Assembly: GCA_031555055.1 (NCBI GenBank)
Contig: JAVBUT010000002.1
Location: forward strand, 210,165 to 274,164
Length of the DNA stretch: 64,000 nt
Reading direction: 5' to 3'
Source of the DNA: Alphaproteobacteria bacterium
GTDB taxonomy: Bacteria > Pseudomonadota > Alphaproteobacteria > Rs-D84
Under the pieces are notes generated by a model, which was given only the letters and a program-made list of their open reading frames with translations, searched no databases and was not told where the DNA came from. The translations under genes were made by a program, and so were the position numbers. Positions 27,780 to 37,809 of this stretch are shown here, piece after piece. Positions within the stretch are counted from its first letter, which is position 1. Each line of letters starts with the position of its first letter.

Positions 27780-28637
27780 TTACTTTATTTTTACGATATT
27801 TAATAGCAATTGTGTGTGACCGATATCGTCGGTTGCTTGTTTGAATTTTTCAGCGTGCACGCCGAATTTATTCAATCGTTTGTTCATATACGCCAGTGGG
27901 AAATAATCTTCGGAAATCATAAGCATCAGTTTTCCATTCGGCTTTAAAAATTTAAGTCCATGCGTCACGTAATTTTCATGCGCCTTGTAATTCGGATCCG
28001 ATACCATGTAATTCATCAGTTCAGACCTGTTAGTATGCGCATGATCCAAATATGGCGAGTTCCAAAATATCAGGTCGAATTTCTGACCGATTTTTATGCA
28101 TCCGAACACATCGCTTTGGACACATGATATTTTTTTATCCAATCCGTGTATGTGCACGTTTTCGGCGCAATTTTTAACAGCCGGCATTGATATATCAGCA
28201 CACAGTACGCGCGATAAATCGTATTCCAAACATGCCGATATTCCCATAACTCCGGTGCCGCATCCCATATCTAGCATAGCCTGGCCAGGCTTTAAGGGTA
28301 ATGCCGGCACAATCGCCGTCGCGCAACGCCAAGTCAATGGTGAAAACACATTTTTATGCAGGACAAATTCCCGTCCTAGGGTATTAAACTTTTTTGGAAA
28401 ATCGCCATCTTGGGATTCGACGAACATCTGCTCGCACAGGCCAAAGTTTTTATTGGTTAATTTTTCTTCCCGAATGGACTGTTGGATTTTTCGCAACGGC
28501 GCTGTTTCTTCGTGTAATTCTTGGGTATCCCAATCCTGTGGTGCACTGGATGCATAAGAATGCTGGTTGCGTAATGGGGTGGTGCTGCATTGTTCCTGAA
28601 GTCTTTGTGATGCGATTAAGTCTTTTGCTGATAACAT
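27780..28637 (-). CDS. class I SAM-dependent methyltransferase, small-domain (RsmC/PrmC-like, NPPY-type motif NSPY)
   Basis: Motif I LDMGCGTGVMGI. Motif IV DLIFWNSPY. AGGAGA RBS. Start chosen at MLSAKDL. Confidence 0.55.
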   Translation of the reverse strand: MLSAKDLIASQRLQEQCSTTPLRNQHSYASSAPQDWDTQELHEETAPLRKIQQSIREEKLTNKNFGLCEQMFVESQDGDFPKKFNTLGREFVLHKNVFSPLTWRCATAIVPALPLKPGQAMLDMGCGTGVMGISACLEYDLSRVLCADISMPAVKNCAENVHIHGLDKKISCVQSDVFGCIKIGQKFDLIFWNSPYLDHAHTNRSELMNYMVSDPNYKAHENYVTHGLKFLKPNGKLMLMISEDYFPLAYMNKRLNKFGVHAEKFKQATDDIGHTQLLLNIVKIK

Positions 28638-28650
28638 AACTTCTCCTGTT

Positions 28651-29016
28651 TTATTTCCCGTTGCGCATATTTTCGGTACATATTTTTTCAGCGGTCTTGT
28701 GATATGATAATATTTTTTCGCGCGCGGCAAACGCGTTTTCTTTTGTCATTTCTATTTTTTTGCTTTTAATATTATACACGGTTTCATCGTTCAGCAGACT
28801 GTTGTAAAAATGGTATTTGCTAACCAGTAAATCACGCACGCTGGTCCAGCATATGGCGGATTCATCGTTTGGATTGCAGTCACTGCATAATTTGGTGTTG
28901 AAGAATTCTGACAGCGCCGGTTCGCCGAATTCGCTGCGTGGGCAGTTGATTTCTGTGTATGGCGGTTTATTGTACATTCTGCGTGTCATGCGTACAAAAT
29001 TTTCTGGGCTTAACAT
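28651..29016 (-). CDS. hypothetical protein with C-x16-C-x2-C-x10-C spacing
   Basis: ORF begins 4 nt after the gatB stop. No recognisable domain. Confidence 0.3.
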   Translation of the reverse strand: MLSPENFVRMTRRMYNKPPYTEINCPRSEFGEPALSEFFNTKLCSDCNPNDESAICWTSVRDLLVSKYHFYNSLLNDETVYNIKSKKIEMTKENAFAAREKILSYHKTAEKICTENMRNGK

Positions 29017-29019
29017 TTT

Positions 29020-30558
29020 TTATCCATTTAGTTTTTTGGTTAGTATTTCAGATACGATCGCCGGGTTTGCTGAACCGCCGGTGGCCTTCATAACATTGCC
29101 GACAAAGAATCCCATCAGGCCCGTCTTGCCGGCGCGGTATTGTTCAACCTGACCGGCATTGGCGGCGATGACATCATCGATCGCTTTTTCAATCGCGCCG
29201 GTATCGGTGATCTGCTTCATGCCGAATTTATCGGCGATCTGTTTCGGTGTTCCCGGTTCGTTATCCAGCATTTTGATAAAGATTTCTTTGGCCTGTTTAC
29301 CATTGATTTCGGATGCCGCGATCATATCGACCAGTTCGGCCAGATCGGATGGTTGAATTATACGAGGATAATTACTCCCCCCAAGGGGGGAGTAATTTGC
29401 CTGGTTGCCAAGCACAAAATGTTCCGGATGCGCGAACAGTTCAGAAATCATCCAGTTTGCGATCGGTTTTGCGCGGGCGGGTTTATCACCCACAGCCGCG
29501 TCGAACCATTTTGAAATATCGACAGTCTCGGTCAGGCGCGTTGCGTCATATTCAGATAAACCCCAGGCAGAGATGTATCGAGCGCGTGTCGCCGCCGGCA
29601 ATTCCGGCAGTGTTTCGCGTATGCGTTCAATGGTCTCTTCGCTGATGATCAGCGGTAATAAATCCGGGTCCGGAAAGTGACGGTAATCCAACGCGTCTTC
29701 TTTGGATCGCATTACGGATGTTGTGCCTGTGTCCTGATTATATCGCATTGTATCTTGGGAAACGGTACCGCCGGATTCCAAGATTTCGATTTGGCGGCGT
29801 GCCTCAAATTCAATTGCGGTTTTAATAAATTTACACGACACCATGTTTTTGGTTTCCGTGCGGGTGCCAAATTTTGTGTCGCCGACACGACGGACCGATA
29901 CATTGACGTCGGCACGCATGGAACCTTCTTCCATGTTGGCGTGGCTGACACCCAATGCGCGTGCGATTTCGCGAATCTGGCGCAGGTATCTTTCTGCTTC
30001 GTCCGGTGATGTTATGTATGAATTTTCTTGCGCGTTTTTAACGTCCAAAAATGTCACGATTTCCAACAGCGCGACCCCGGTGCGGTTATAATCTGCAAAA
30101 GATTTTGTCGGATGCGCGTCATGTTTCAGTTTTCCCGCGTCCTGTTCCAAGTGTGCGCGTTCGATCAGAATTTTTTTAGGTTTACCGTCGTCGCCCAAGA
30201 TTTCGACATGGCCACGGCCAACGATTGGCGGTGCGTCTGCGGGTTGCGTGATTTGGTAACCCTGGGGCAGGTCGGGGTAAAAGTATTGCTTGCGCGTGAA
30301 TATCGACCGGCGCGTGATGTCGGCATTTATCCCCAGTCCGAATCGAATTGCCTGTTCAACACAGAATTCGTTCAACACGGGCAGCATGCCAGGCATTGCA
30401 ACGTCAACCATGGAAACTTGGGTATTTGGTGCAATGGTTGGGTTATAGTCCGCGCTGGCCCCGCTGAATACTTTGGCATTGGACAATACTTCGATATGCG
30501 TTTCCAGCCCGATTACCAATTCCCAATCGCCCGTTTTCCCCGTAATTATGTATGTCAT
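29020..30558 (-). CDS. gatB: Asp-tRNA(Asn)/Glu-tRNA(Gln) amidotransferase subunit B
   Basis: N-terminus W.LVIGLETHIEV and GatB/YqeY C-terminal region. Contains an in-frame 29-bp perfect palindrome at 29369-29397. Confidence 0.9.
   Translation of the reverse strand: MTYIITGKTGDWELVIGLETHIEVLSNAKVFSGASADYNPTIAPNTQVSMVDVAMPGMLPVLNEFCVEQAIRFGLGINADITRRSIFTRKQYFYPDLPQGYQITQPADAPPIVGRGHVEILGDDGKPKKILIERAHLEQDAGKLKHDAHPTKSFADYNRTGVALLEIVTFLDVKNAQENSYITSPDEAERYLRQIREIARALGVSHANMEEGSMRADVNVSVRRVGDTKFGTRTETKNMVSCKFIKTAIEFEARRQIEILESGGTVSQDTMRYNQDTGTTSVMRSKEDALDYRHFPDPDLLPLIISEETIERIRETLPELPAATRARYISAWGLSEYDATRLTETVDISKWFDAAVGDKPARAKPIANWMISELFAHPEHFVLGNQANYSPLGGSNYPRIIQPSDLAELVDMIAASEINGKQAKEIFIKMLDNEPGTPKQIADKFGMKQITDTGAIEKAIDDVIAANAGQVEQYRAGKTGLMGFFVGNVMKATGGSANPAIVSEILTKKLNG
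29369..29397. repeat. perfect 29-bp palindrome inserted in-frame in gatB (encodes NYSPLGGSNY)
   Basis: taattactccccccaaggggggagtaatt. Confidence 0.7.
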
Positions 30559-30613
30559 GACTATTTTCTCTTGCTTTTTTGTTTTTCGTACCTTATTATT
30601 CGTCCACTGTTTC

Positions 30614-30689
30614 GGCTGGGTAGCTCAGTTGGTAGAGCAAGGGACTGAAAATCCCTGTGTCGGCGGTTCGATTCCGTCCCCAGCCACCA
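30614..30689 (+). tRNA. tRNA-Phe (anticodon GAA)
   Basis: GGCTGGG acceptor, TAGCTCAGTTGGTAGAGC D-arm, anticodon loop CTGAAAA, GGTTCGATTCC T-arm, CCA encoded. Confidence 0.9.
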
Positions 30690-30892
30690 GATTATAACAA
30701 AATGTTCCGTAAGGGACATTTTTTTATAATCTTTGTTGTTTTGTACCATTAAACCGCCCACAGGGATTTGAAGGTACTGAATCCGAGCGTATAAGCACAC
30801 AAAAATTTTCGTTGTTAGAAAATTTTTGATGTGCGCATAGTCGAGGATACGCGGCTCACTTGATAAATATTTACACTTGGGACCAAGCGAGC

Positions 30893-30935
30893 GAAAATCC
30901 CTGTGTCGGCGGTTCGATTCCGTCCCCAGCCACCA
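30893..30935 (+). repeat. direct duplicate of the 3 prime 43 nt of tRNA-Phe (anticodon loop to CCA); att-site remnant
   Basis: gaaaatccctgtgtcggcggttcgattccgtccccagccacca is identical to 30647-30689. Confidence 0.8.
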
Positions 30936-31019
30936 CAAATTTTCGTTATATTTTTGCAAGGCAAAAATTTTAAGAAAATTTAGTGCCCCACGAAGCCTTG
31001 GCGAAGTGGGGCTTTTTGT

Positions 31020-32504
31020 TTATTCTCCTATCACCTTCGTTGGTCTGTTATCCAGGTTTGCAAATGATTCGATATTCTTGGCCAATTGCAATACGCGTAC
31101 ATCGTCAAAGCGACGGCCCACTATATGGATACCCAATGGTAATCCATCGGCGTTACGACCGCCCGGTACAGATATAGCGGGCAGGCCGGACATGTTTGCC
31201 GATACCAGCATTGCGGATGATATTTCATCCTGGTCATCGTTCAAACTGTCGCTTAATGGATATGCCGCGCATGGTGCGCCCGCCGTCAGTATCAGATCAC
31301 ACTGTTCGAACGCCGCGATAAATTCATTGTCGATCATGCGACGGATTTTTGCCGCCTGAACAAAACATGGTTCATAAAAGTTATGCGTCAGCATTGTCGA
31401 TCCCGTGACCAGGCGGAACTTTACATTATCGCCGAATCCAGCCGCGCGGGTCTTCATATATGTGTCGTTTAAATCTTTGCCTTCGACACGCAATCCGTAA
31501 CGCATACCGTCATATCGGGCAAGATTAGACGATGCCTCGGCACGGGCGATAACGCGGTACAATGTCGCGGTCAGCATGATGTGCGGTATTGAAACCGTCA
31601 CAATTTCCGCGCCATTCGCGCGCAGGTTTTCGATGTGCTTATCAACAACAGATTTCATGTCGTCGCTGATGCCGGGGGCGTCATTAATTTCGCGAATGAC
31701 GCCGATACGCAGGCCTTTTAATTCAATTGGGCCCAGTGCAGATTTAAGATTGTTAACAATTTCATCGGCGTTTGGGGCGGATGTAGAATCGTTCTTATCG
31801 TGGCCGGCCATTGCACTTAACATCAATGCGCAATCATCAACAGTGCGTGCGATCGGGCCCGGATGATCCAGACTGGACGCGAATGCGATACAGCCAAAGC
31901 GGGAACACAGACCGTATGTCGGCTTGAACCCGACCAGGCCAGTAAAACTGGCCGGGATACGGATCGAATCCCCTGTGTCCGAACCGGTTGCGCACAATGC
32001 CATACCGCTGGCCACGGCGGTGACCGCGCCACTGGACGATCCACCAGGGGTCAATTTTTTATCCGCATTATATGGATTGATCGCCGCGCCAAAGTACGAT
32101 GTCTTGCCCGTGCCCGCCATTGCGAATTCGTCCATATTCGATTTGCCCAGCAAGACACATCCGGCGTCGATCAGTTTTTGTGATACGGTCGATTCATATT
32201 CTGGGATAAAATTTTCCAGCATGTACGAACCGGCCGTGGTGCGGATTCCGCGTGTGCAGAAATTATCCTTCATAACCATCGGAATGCCTTCCAGTTCGCG
32301 CGCCGTGCCATTCGCATAGCGTTTGTCTGATTCCGCCGCGTCCGCCAAAGCGCGTTCGCGTGTGACGGTAATATAGGCATTTAATTCTGGATTTAGTTTT
32401 TCAATACGATCCATGTATGCCACAGTCAGCGACGTACAGGTGATTTCACCAGATTTTAATTTGCTTAGCGCTGTGGTTAATGTCAGGTCAATAAGGTGCG
32501 TCAT
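31020..32504 (-). CDS. gatA: Glu-tRNA(Gln) amidotransferase subunit A (amidase signature family)
   Basis: Amidase signature GGSSSGAVTAVASG with Ser-cisSer-Lys triad context. 494 aa. Confidence 0.9.
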   Translation of the reverse strand: MTHLIDLTLTTALSKLKSGEITCTSLTVAYMDRIEKLNPELNAYITVTRERALADAAESDKRYANGTARELEGIPMVMKDNFCTRGIRTTAGSYMLENFIPEYESTVSQKLIDAGCVLLGKSNMDEFAMAGTGKTSYFGAAINPYNADKKLTPGGSSSGAVTAVASGMALCATGSDTGDSIRIPASFTGLVGFKPTYGLCSRFGCIAFASSLDHPGPIARTVDDCALMLSAMAGHDKNDSTSAPNADEIVNNLKSALGPIELKGLRIGVIREINDAPGISDDMKSVVDKHIENLRANGAEIVTVSIPHIMLTATLYRVIARAEASSNLARYDGMRYGLRVEGKDLNDTYMKTRAAGFGDNVKFRLVTGSTMLTHNFYEPCFVQAAKIRRMIDNEFIAAFEQCDLILTAGAPCAAYPLSDSLNDDQDEISSAMLVSANMSGLPAISVPGGRNADGLPLGIHIVGRRFDDVRVLQLAKNIESFANLDNRPTKVIGE

Positions 32505-32521
32505 TTTATATTACTTTTTTG

Positions 32522-32815
32522 TTATTCATCCATTACCTTGGGCACGGCGAAGTATCCGCGGGATGTGCCGGCGTTGTCCGGCGTGCTTTTTAAAACCGCG
32601 TCGCGGATATTGCCGTCGGTGACGATATCGGCGCGGGTCGGTGCGGCGTGTTGGGCCGGGGTGAACATGGGTTCAATACCAGTTGTATCGATTTTTTTCA
32701 ACATGTCCATCCAGCCGAAAACTTGATCAATGTTCATCTCGGCCAATTTATCATCCGGGATTTCAATCCGGATCAGCGATGTGAATTTTTGCAATTGCTC
32801 TTTGGTGAATGCCAT
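32522..32815 (-). CDS. gatC: Asp/Glu-tRNA amidotransferase subunit C
   Basis: 97 aa, begins MAFTKEQLQKF. Immediately upstream of gatA. Confidence 0.75.
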   Translation of the reverse strand: MAFTKEQLQKFTSLIRIEIPDDKLAEMNIDQVFGWMDMLKKIDTTGIEPMFTPAQHAAPTRADIVTDGNIRDAVLKSTPDNAGTSRGYFAVPKVMDE

Positions 32816-32865
32816 TTTTATTACTCTGTATTTGCTATTTGGTAAAATTGTCATATAATGATACT

Positions 32866-33345
32866 ATGATTTTGGCAGATTTCAAGGATTTTCCCCGACA
32901 GGGTCGGGTTATTGGAATAGACTGGGGCGCGCGACGTATCGGCGTCGCGGTGTCTGACGAATCTCGCGAATTTGTGTTCACGCGGGACGTGATAACAATC
33001 AGGAATCGGGAATCCACCGTTGCCAAGGCTTTGGCGGACAAGCCAGGAATCGGTGAAATTATAAAATTGGTAAAATCCGAAAAAATCGTCGGGATAATAA
33101 TCGGCTTGCCGGTGCATGCCGACGGGACGGACTCGGCGACGACAAAAATGGTTCGCGAATTCGCGGACGAATTGTCCGGTCAGACGGATTTGCCGGTCGT
33201 ATTTATCGAAGAGAATTTAACATCGGTCGCCGCAGCGGAGAGGAGTCAGGAGTCAGGAATCAGGAACAAGAATTTTTCGATTGATTCAGAGTCTGCGAAA
33301 ATAATACTGGAAAACGCAATCGCGATGATACGACGAATGGGATAG
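32866..33345 (+). CDS. ruvX: YqgF/RuvC-like Holliday-junction resolvase / pre-16S rRNA nuclease
   Basis: Motifs GIDWGARRIGVAVSD and IIGLP. Two in-frame heptamer triplet inserts at 32996-33017 and 33239-33267. Confidence 0.75.
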   Translation: MILADFKDFPRQGRVIGIDWGARRIGVAVSDESREFVFTRDVITIRNRESTVAKALADKPGIGEIIKLVKSEKIVGIIIGLPVHADGTDSATTKMVREFADELSGQTDLPVVFIEENLTSVAAAERSQESGIRNKNFSIDSESAKIILENAIAMIRRMG

Positions 33346-33391
33346 GGCCAGGCGATACAAAAAATACGAAACCACGGAAAAGGCAGAAACA

Positions 33392-34348
33392 ATGCACATA
33401 GAGCAGATCAAGACATTGGCGAAAAAAATACAGGATGCAAAAAGCATCCTGGTTTTCGGACATAAAAATCCGGACGGGGATTCGCTGGGGTCGGTGCTGG
33501 GGCTGTATCATTTGATCGCGGATAATTTTGGCAAAACACCGGATGTTACTTATGATGGAAACATGCCGGCTGTTTATGATTTTATGCCAGGCCGTGACAA
33601 AATTATATATGTAGAGAAATTGCCGGCAAAAAAATATGACCTGGTGATTTGTCTGGATGTGGCGGCATTAAAACAACTGGGGGACGCGCAAATCGAATTT
33701 TTTAAAAACGCGGTCCAGACCATAAAAATTGATCACCATAAAACATGTGAAGCGTTTGGTGATATAGACATATGCAAGAATGATTTTGTTGCAACGGCAG
33801 AGATTGTCTATGAAATCGCGCGCGAATTGAACTGGAAAATCGGCACGGATGCAGCAATGTGTCTGTATGTCGGGATATATACGGATACTGGTGAGTTTTC
33901 GTACATTGATAACGGCAATGCATTTCGCGTGGCGGCAGAGCTGGTCGATCTGGGGGTGGACGCGCGCAGTGTAAAACCAAATCTGGACGTGTTGTCACGC
34001 AACGACATAATCGCCCAGGCGACTGTGCTGGCGGCGACGGAATTTTTCTATGGCGGTAAATTGGCGGTGGCGGTGGTGCCGAACAAATTGTATAAAAAAT
34101 TGGATTCGGGAGAGGTCACGATATTAATGCGTCTGCGCAGTGTCAAAGGTGTTCGGGTTGTGGTTGTTTTAAAAGAAACAAAGTCTGATCGTATAACCGC
34201 GTCGTTTAGAAGCGAGGCAACGCCAGTGCGCGCCGTTGCAGAAAGCCTGGGCGGCGGTGGGCACGACCTGGCGGCGGCGGCGATTTTGAACGCGTCATTG
34301 AATGATGCGAAAAAGACAGTCGTCGCAGCGTTTAAAAATATTTTGTAA
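33392..34348 (+). CDS. nrnA: DHH-family oligoribonuclease/pAp phosphatase NrnA
   Basis: GHKNPDGDSLGS DHH motif, DHH, and DHHA1 GGGH motif near the C-terminus. Confidence 0.8.
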   Translation: MHIEQIKTLAKKIQDAKSILVFGHKNPDGDSLGSVLGLYHLIADNFGKTPDVTYDGNMPAVYDFMPGRDKIIYVEKLPAKKYDLVICLDVAALKQLGDAQIEFFKNAVQTIKIDHHKTCEAFGDIDICKNDFVATAEIVYEIARELNWKIGTDAAMCLYVGIYTDTGEFSYIDNGNAFRVAAELVDLGVDARSVKPNLDVLSRNDIIAQATVLAATEFFYGGKLAVAVVPNKLYKKLDSGEVTILMRLRSVKGVRVVVVLKETKSDRITASFRSEATPVRAVAESLGGGGHDLAAAAILNASLNDAKKTVVAAFKNIL

Positions 34349-34405
34349 AAAACACACAGCCGACAATTGCAAAATTCGGTTTCTTGAAAATTTTCAGTGC
34401 AAATT

Positions 34406-34990
34406 TTACTGCACAGGTATCAATATCTTTTGGCCCGGTATAATCAGGTCCGGATTGGTAATGCTGTTGTATTCGGCCAATACGGTGTATTTATACGGGT
34501 TGCCCATTATGTTGCCTGCGATATTCCACAAACAATCGCCGGGTTCGACGATATATTCCGAAGGATTATCCACACGCGCCGGTTGTGCAACTGGCACAGG
34601 TTCGGTCACAGCCGTTTCATCGGTCGCGGTCGCCTGTGTTTCGTCTGTCGCGGTAACGACAGTCGCTTCGTCCGGTTGATCCGTGCGCTCGCACCCGGGC
34701 AGATTGAACAAAACCCACACTGCGCCGACAGTGATCGCCAGTACCAAAAACACAGACAGCAAGTACGCCCATTTTTTGCCATAGCTTTGACGGGATACTT
34801 CATTGTCCTGTATTTTGTTAACGATCGGGGTGACAGCAACCAATGTTTGGATGGTTTTGACCGTGTGCCGTGCCAGGTATTTCGCCAGTTTTTGGCCACG
34901 TTCGCGCATTTTCGACATCCACAGTTTCTGACGTTCAACAGCTTCGTTGATCATTTCGCTGGTGGATCTCTTTACTACACCAAGTTTCAT
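34406..34990 (-). CDS. membrane-anchored LysM-domain protein
   Basis: TM helix. Thr/Glu-rich linker. C-terminal LysM (YIVEPGDCLWNIAG...GQKILIP). Confidence 0.6.
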   Translation of the reverse strand: MKLGVVKRSTSEMINEAVERQKLWMSKMRERGQKLAKYLARHTVKTIQTLVAVTPIVNKIQDNEVSRQSYGKKWAYLLSVFLVLAITVGAVWVLFNLPGCERTDQPDEATVVTATDETQATATDETAVTEPVPVAQPARVDNPSEYIVEPGDCLWNIAGNIMGNPYKYTVLAEYNSITNPDLIIPGQKILIPVQ

Positions 34991-35054
34991 TACTTACTCC
35001 TTTGGTTATAGTTTTATCTTAACGAATCAAAAACAAGTTGCGCAAGGAAAAAAA

Positions 35055-36107
35055 TCAGTCTTCGTCGCGTTTGTCGGGAATTTCACCATTGGCGGACAGT
35101 AGTACCGCGATCCAGCGTGTCGAATCAAATTGGGCCGTGATGATGAATGTCGCCACCAATAATGGCACAGAAAAGAACATTCCGCCGATACCCCACAGCA
35201 TTCCCCAGAAAACCAAGTTGATCAAAATCGCCAATGTCGACAGGTTCAATGTCTTGCCGGTCAGCTTTGGTTCCAAGATATTTCCAAATACAATTTGGAT
35301 TCCGATGACGCCGATCGCAACCAAAATCGGAATATGCATTGTGTCGGATGTGATCAACGAATACAGTATCGGTAGCGAGCATGCGATAATTGCGCCGAAT
35401 GTCGGTATGTAATTCATCATGCCGACGATAAACGCCCAGACACCTGCGAACTCGACACCCAAGTGGGCCAGCCAGAAGTACGTCGCCAACGCCGATATGA
35501 CGGAAACAAATGTTTTCATAAACATGTATTTCTTCATGTTTTCGTCGATACTCTGCAAAATGTATCTAGTTTTTTTTGACCGTGTTTTGTTCGGGAACAG
35601 TGCGTCCAATTTTTTTGAAAACGTGCTTTGTTCAATGAACATAAAGAATATGTAAACCAAAACCATTCCGGCGGTCGCGACATATCCGGCCGCAGATGTG
35701 CCGATGTTTGCCGCCAGCTTTGGCAGGTCTGCGATCGTCCCAGGCGAAAAAGATACGCCGAAATATCCGGTCAGATAGCTGCCCAGTGTGCCCAGTTTTT
35801 GCTGAATCTCGGGCAGGGCCGACATCAGTTCTGTAAACATAGGTTGAATCTGGGTAATAAACAAATACATCAGTCCGCCGAATGTCGCCAATGACAGAAC
35901 GCCAGACAAAATATCAAACACGTGTGATACGAATTTATGCTTTTTTGTTTTGTCGGTACGCGTGCGGTATGGCATAACCTTGCGATAATATGACGCGATC
36001 GCGTTCATCAGATACCACAGGAACGCCGCGACCAGCAAAGGAATGAAAATAGAGCGTCCCACGGACAGGATAAAAATTATTCCGATAAATAAAATCAGTC
36101 CATTCAT
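35055..36107 (-). CDS. AI-2E family (PerM/TqsA-like) transporter
   Basis: 350 aa, 8 predicted TM segments and AI-2E-family topology. Acidic C-terminal tail. Confidence 0.6.
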   Translation of the reverse strand: MNGLILFIGIIFILSVGRSIFIPLLVAAFLWYLMNAIASYYRKVMPYRTRTDKTKKHKFVSHVFDILSGVLSLATFGGLMYLFITQIQPMFTELMSALPEIQQKLGTLGSYLTGYFGVSFSPGTIADLPKLAANIGTSAAGYVATAGMVLVYIFFMFIEQSTFSKKLDALFPNKTRSKKTRYILQSIDENMKKYMFMKTFVSVISALATYFWLAHLGVEFAGVWAFIVGMMNYIPTFGAIIACSLPILYSLITSDTMHIPILVAIGVIGIQIVFGNILEPKLTGKTLNLSTLAILINLVFWGMLWGIGGMFFSVPLLVATFIITAQFDSTRWIAVLLSANGEIPDKRDED

Positions 36108-36127
36108 GGGGCGCCCCCTTTGTTATA

Positions 36128-37084
36128 TTATTCTGTTATGACGGTTTCGCTGGTTTCGATTATTTCAACCTGGACATCATTGACGTTCGACAGGTTGTTC
36201 GCAGCATACCATGCAAATCCGATCGTGCCGACAATCAGCAGAACGTTCAATATCACGGCAACGGTTGCAAACGCGCCACCGACATTCTTGCGCAGCTTTG
36301 CCGCACCGGTGATCGATACCCATACGCCGAATATCGCCACAAAGCCGGCCACCAAGAACAAGGTATTAAGGTCCATAATCGGTAATGCTATTGCAAACAT
36401 GGCAAAAAATGCCAAGACCGTGTTGATCGGTTTGGCCACAATCCAATCGGTCAGCGTCGCGAACCACTTTGATTTGATCGGTGTTGTTGGTGTTGTCTTT
36501 TTATCGTCGCTTAACATATATCCCGGGAACCATATCAGCGACAGCCCCAGCGGCACGGACAAGACCGCCTTCCATTTTGGAATGCCCATTGCGATCGCGC
36601 GCTTGTACATAGAATATATCATTGCGATCAACAGACCGAACACGTATAAATAGACCAATGATCCGACCGTTGACAGAACCAGGAATAACCCCATGGAATA
36701 GCTTTGTAGCCACATTACATAAAATAATATCTGCATACTGTTACCACCGAATATCGATATGGCCAATATCACAGACGCCAGCATGAATCCGGTGTACAAA
36801 AGCCCCAGCCCGTTATCGATGGCGACAAAGCTGCGCCGATCCAGATCGTTTTTCGGCAGCCACCCCACCAGCTTGCAGATCGAGAATATAACAGCAGCCA
36901 GCAACAGTATCGCGATTGGTTCCGCGGCAATCTGTGTGGTGCCAAATATCGCCGCATATATTAATGAATACGCCAGCGCAATGCCCAGCATCAACCCAAA
37001 AGACAACAGTGCAAATTTTGCAGGTTGTTTGAAAAACCAGGACGCCAGTATCGATTTTTTTTCATTGGTTGTTTTTTTTGCCAT
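36128..37084 (-). CDS. hypothetical polytopic membrane protein
   Basis: 318 aa, about 9 TM segments, no recognisable family. Lies between sufC and the AI-2E transporter. Confidence 0.45.
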   Translation of the reverse strand: MAKKTTNEKKSILASWFFKQPAKFALLSFGLMLGIALAYSLIYAAIFGTTQIAAEPIAILLLAAVIFSICKLVGWLPKNDLDRRSFVAIDNGLGLLYTGFMLASVILAISIFGGNSMQILFYVMWLQSYSMGLFLVLSTVGSLVYLYVFGLLIAMIYSMYKRAIAMGIPKWKAVLSVPLGLSLIWFPGYMLSDDKKTTPTTPIKSKWFATLTDWIVAKPINTVLAFFAMFAIALPIMDLNTLFLVAGFVAIFGVWVSITGAAKLRKNVGGAFATVAVILNVLLIVGTIGFAWYAANNLSNVNDVQVEIIETSETVITE

Positions 37085-37114
37085 TGTGGCTCTCCTTTTT
37101 TATTTACCGGTCCA

Positions 37115-37798
37115 TTATATCACAATGTGGCCGGCGGACAAAGACGTTGTTTCGGTGGGTGCAATCATCTCTGTGAATTTTGCCTGATGACTGATGATCA
37201 GAAAACTTGTTGCTTTCATTTCATCAATGACGTCTGCGATTAATTTTTGGGTCGTGGCGTCGGCACCGGAATCCGGTTCGTCCAGAATCGCCAGCTTTGG
37301 TTTTGTTAACACCAGGCGTAATAACATCAGTCGTTTTCGCTCGCCCCCGGAAAAGCCGACATTGATACTGCGGTTCAGCCAATCTTTTGGAATATTCAAA
37401 CGTTCGCGCGCGGTTTCCAGATTGGCCAAGAATTCCCCCATGGACAAGTCCTTGCCGGTATTAAAGTGCGTATGTGCGGCGCACGAATGTTTCAAAAAGC
37501 TGATCACGGTCAGGCCCGGTATTTCCGGAACATTTTGCGCACCGATAAATATTCCGCGCAGCGCCCGCGTCGTCGCATTTTCATTTGTGATATCCGTCCC
37601 GTCAAATATTATTTTGCCAGAATCGATTTTAAAATCAGAATTACCTGCAATGGTTTGCGCCAATGTGGATTTGCCAGAACCATTATGGCCGGATAATAAA
37701 TGCCGTGCGCCGGATTTGACGGACATGTTAATATCGTTCAGCAATGTCTTGTCGCCAAGTTGCACGGATAAATTTTTTATGTCTAGTAAAGCACCCAT
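37115..37798 (-). CDS. sufC: Fe-S cluster assembly ATPase SufC
   Basis: Walker A GHNGSGKST, ABC signature and Walker B LAILDEPDSG. 227 aa. Confidence 0.85.
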   Translation of the reverse strand: MGALLDIKNLSVQLGDKTLLNDINMSVKSGARHLLSGHNGSGKSTLAQTIAGNSDFKIDSGKIIFDGTDITNENATTRALRGIFIGAQNVPEIPGLTVISFLKHSCAAHTHFNTGKDLSMGEFLANLETARERLNIPKDWLNRSINVGFSGGERKRLMLLRLVLTKPKLAILDEPDSGADATTQKLIADVIDEMKATSFLIISHQAKFTEMIAPTETTSLSAGHIVI

Positions 37799-37809
37799 AG
37801 CTGATTCCT

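Noticed and set aside
30561-30959. 132-aa minus-strand ORF containing WWLGTESNRRHRDF twice
   Set aside because: It is the antisense translation of tRNA-Phe and of its duplicated 3-prime fragment.
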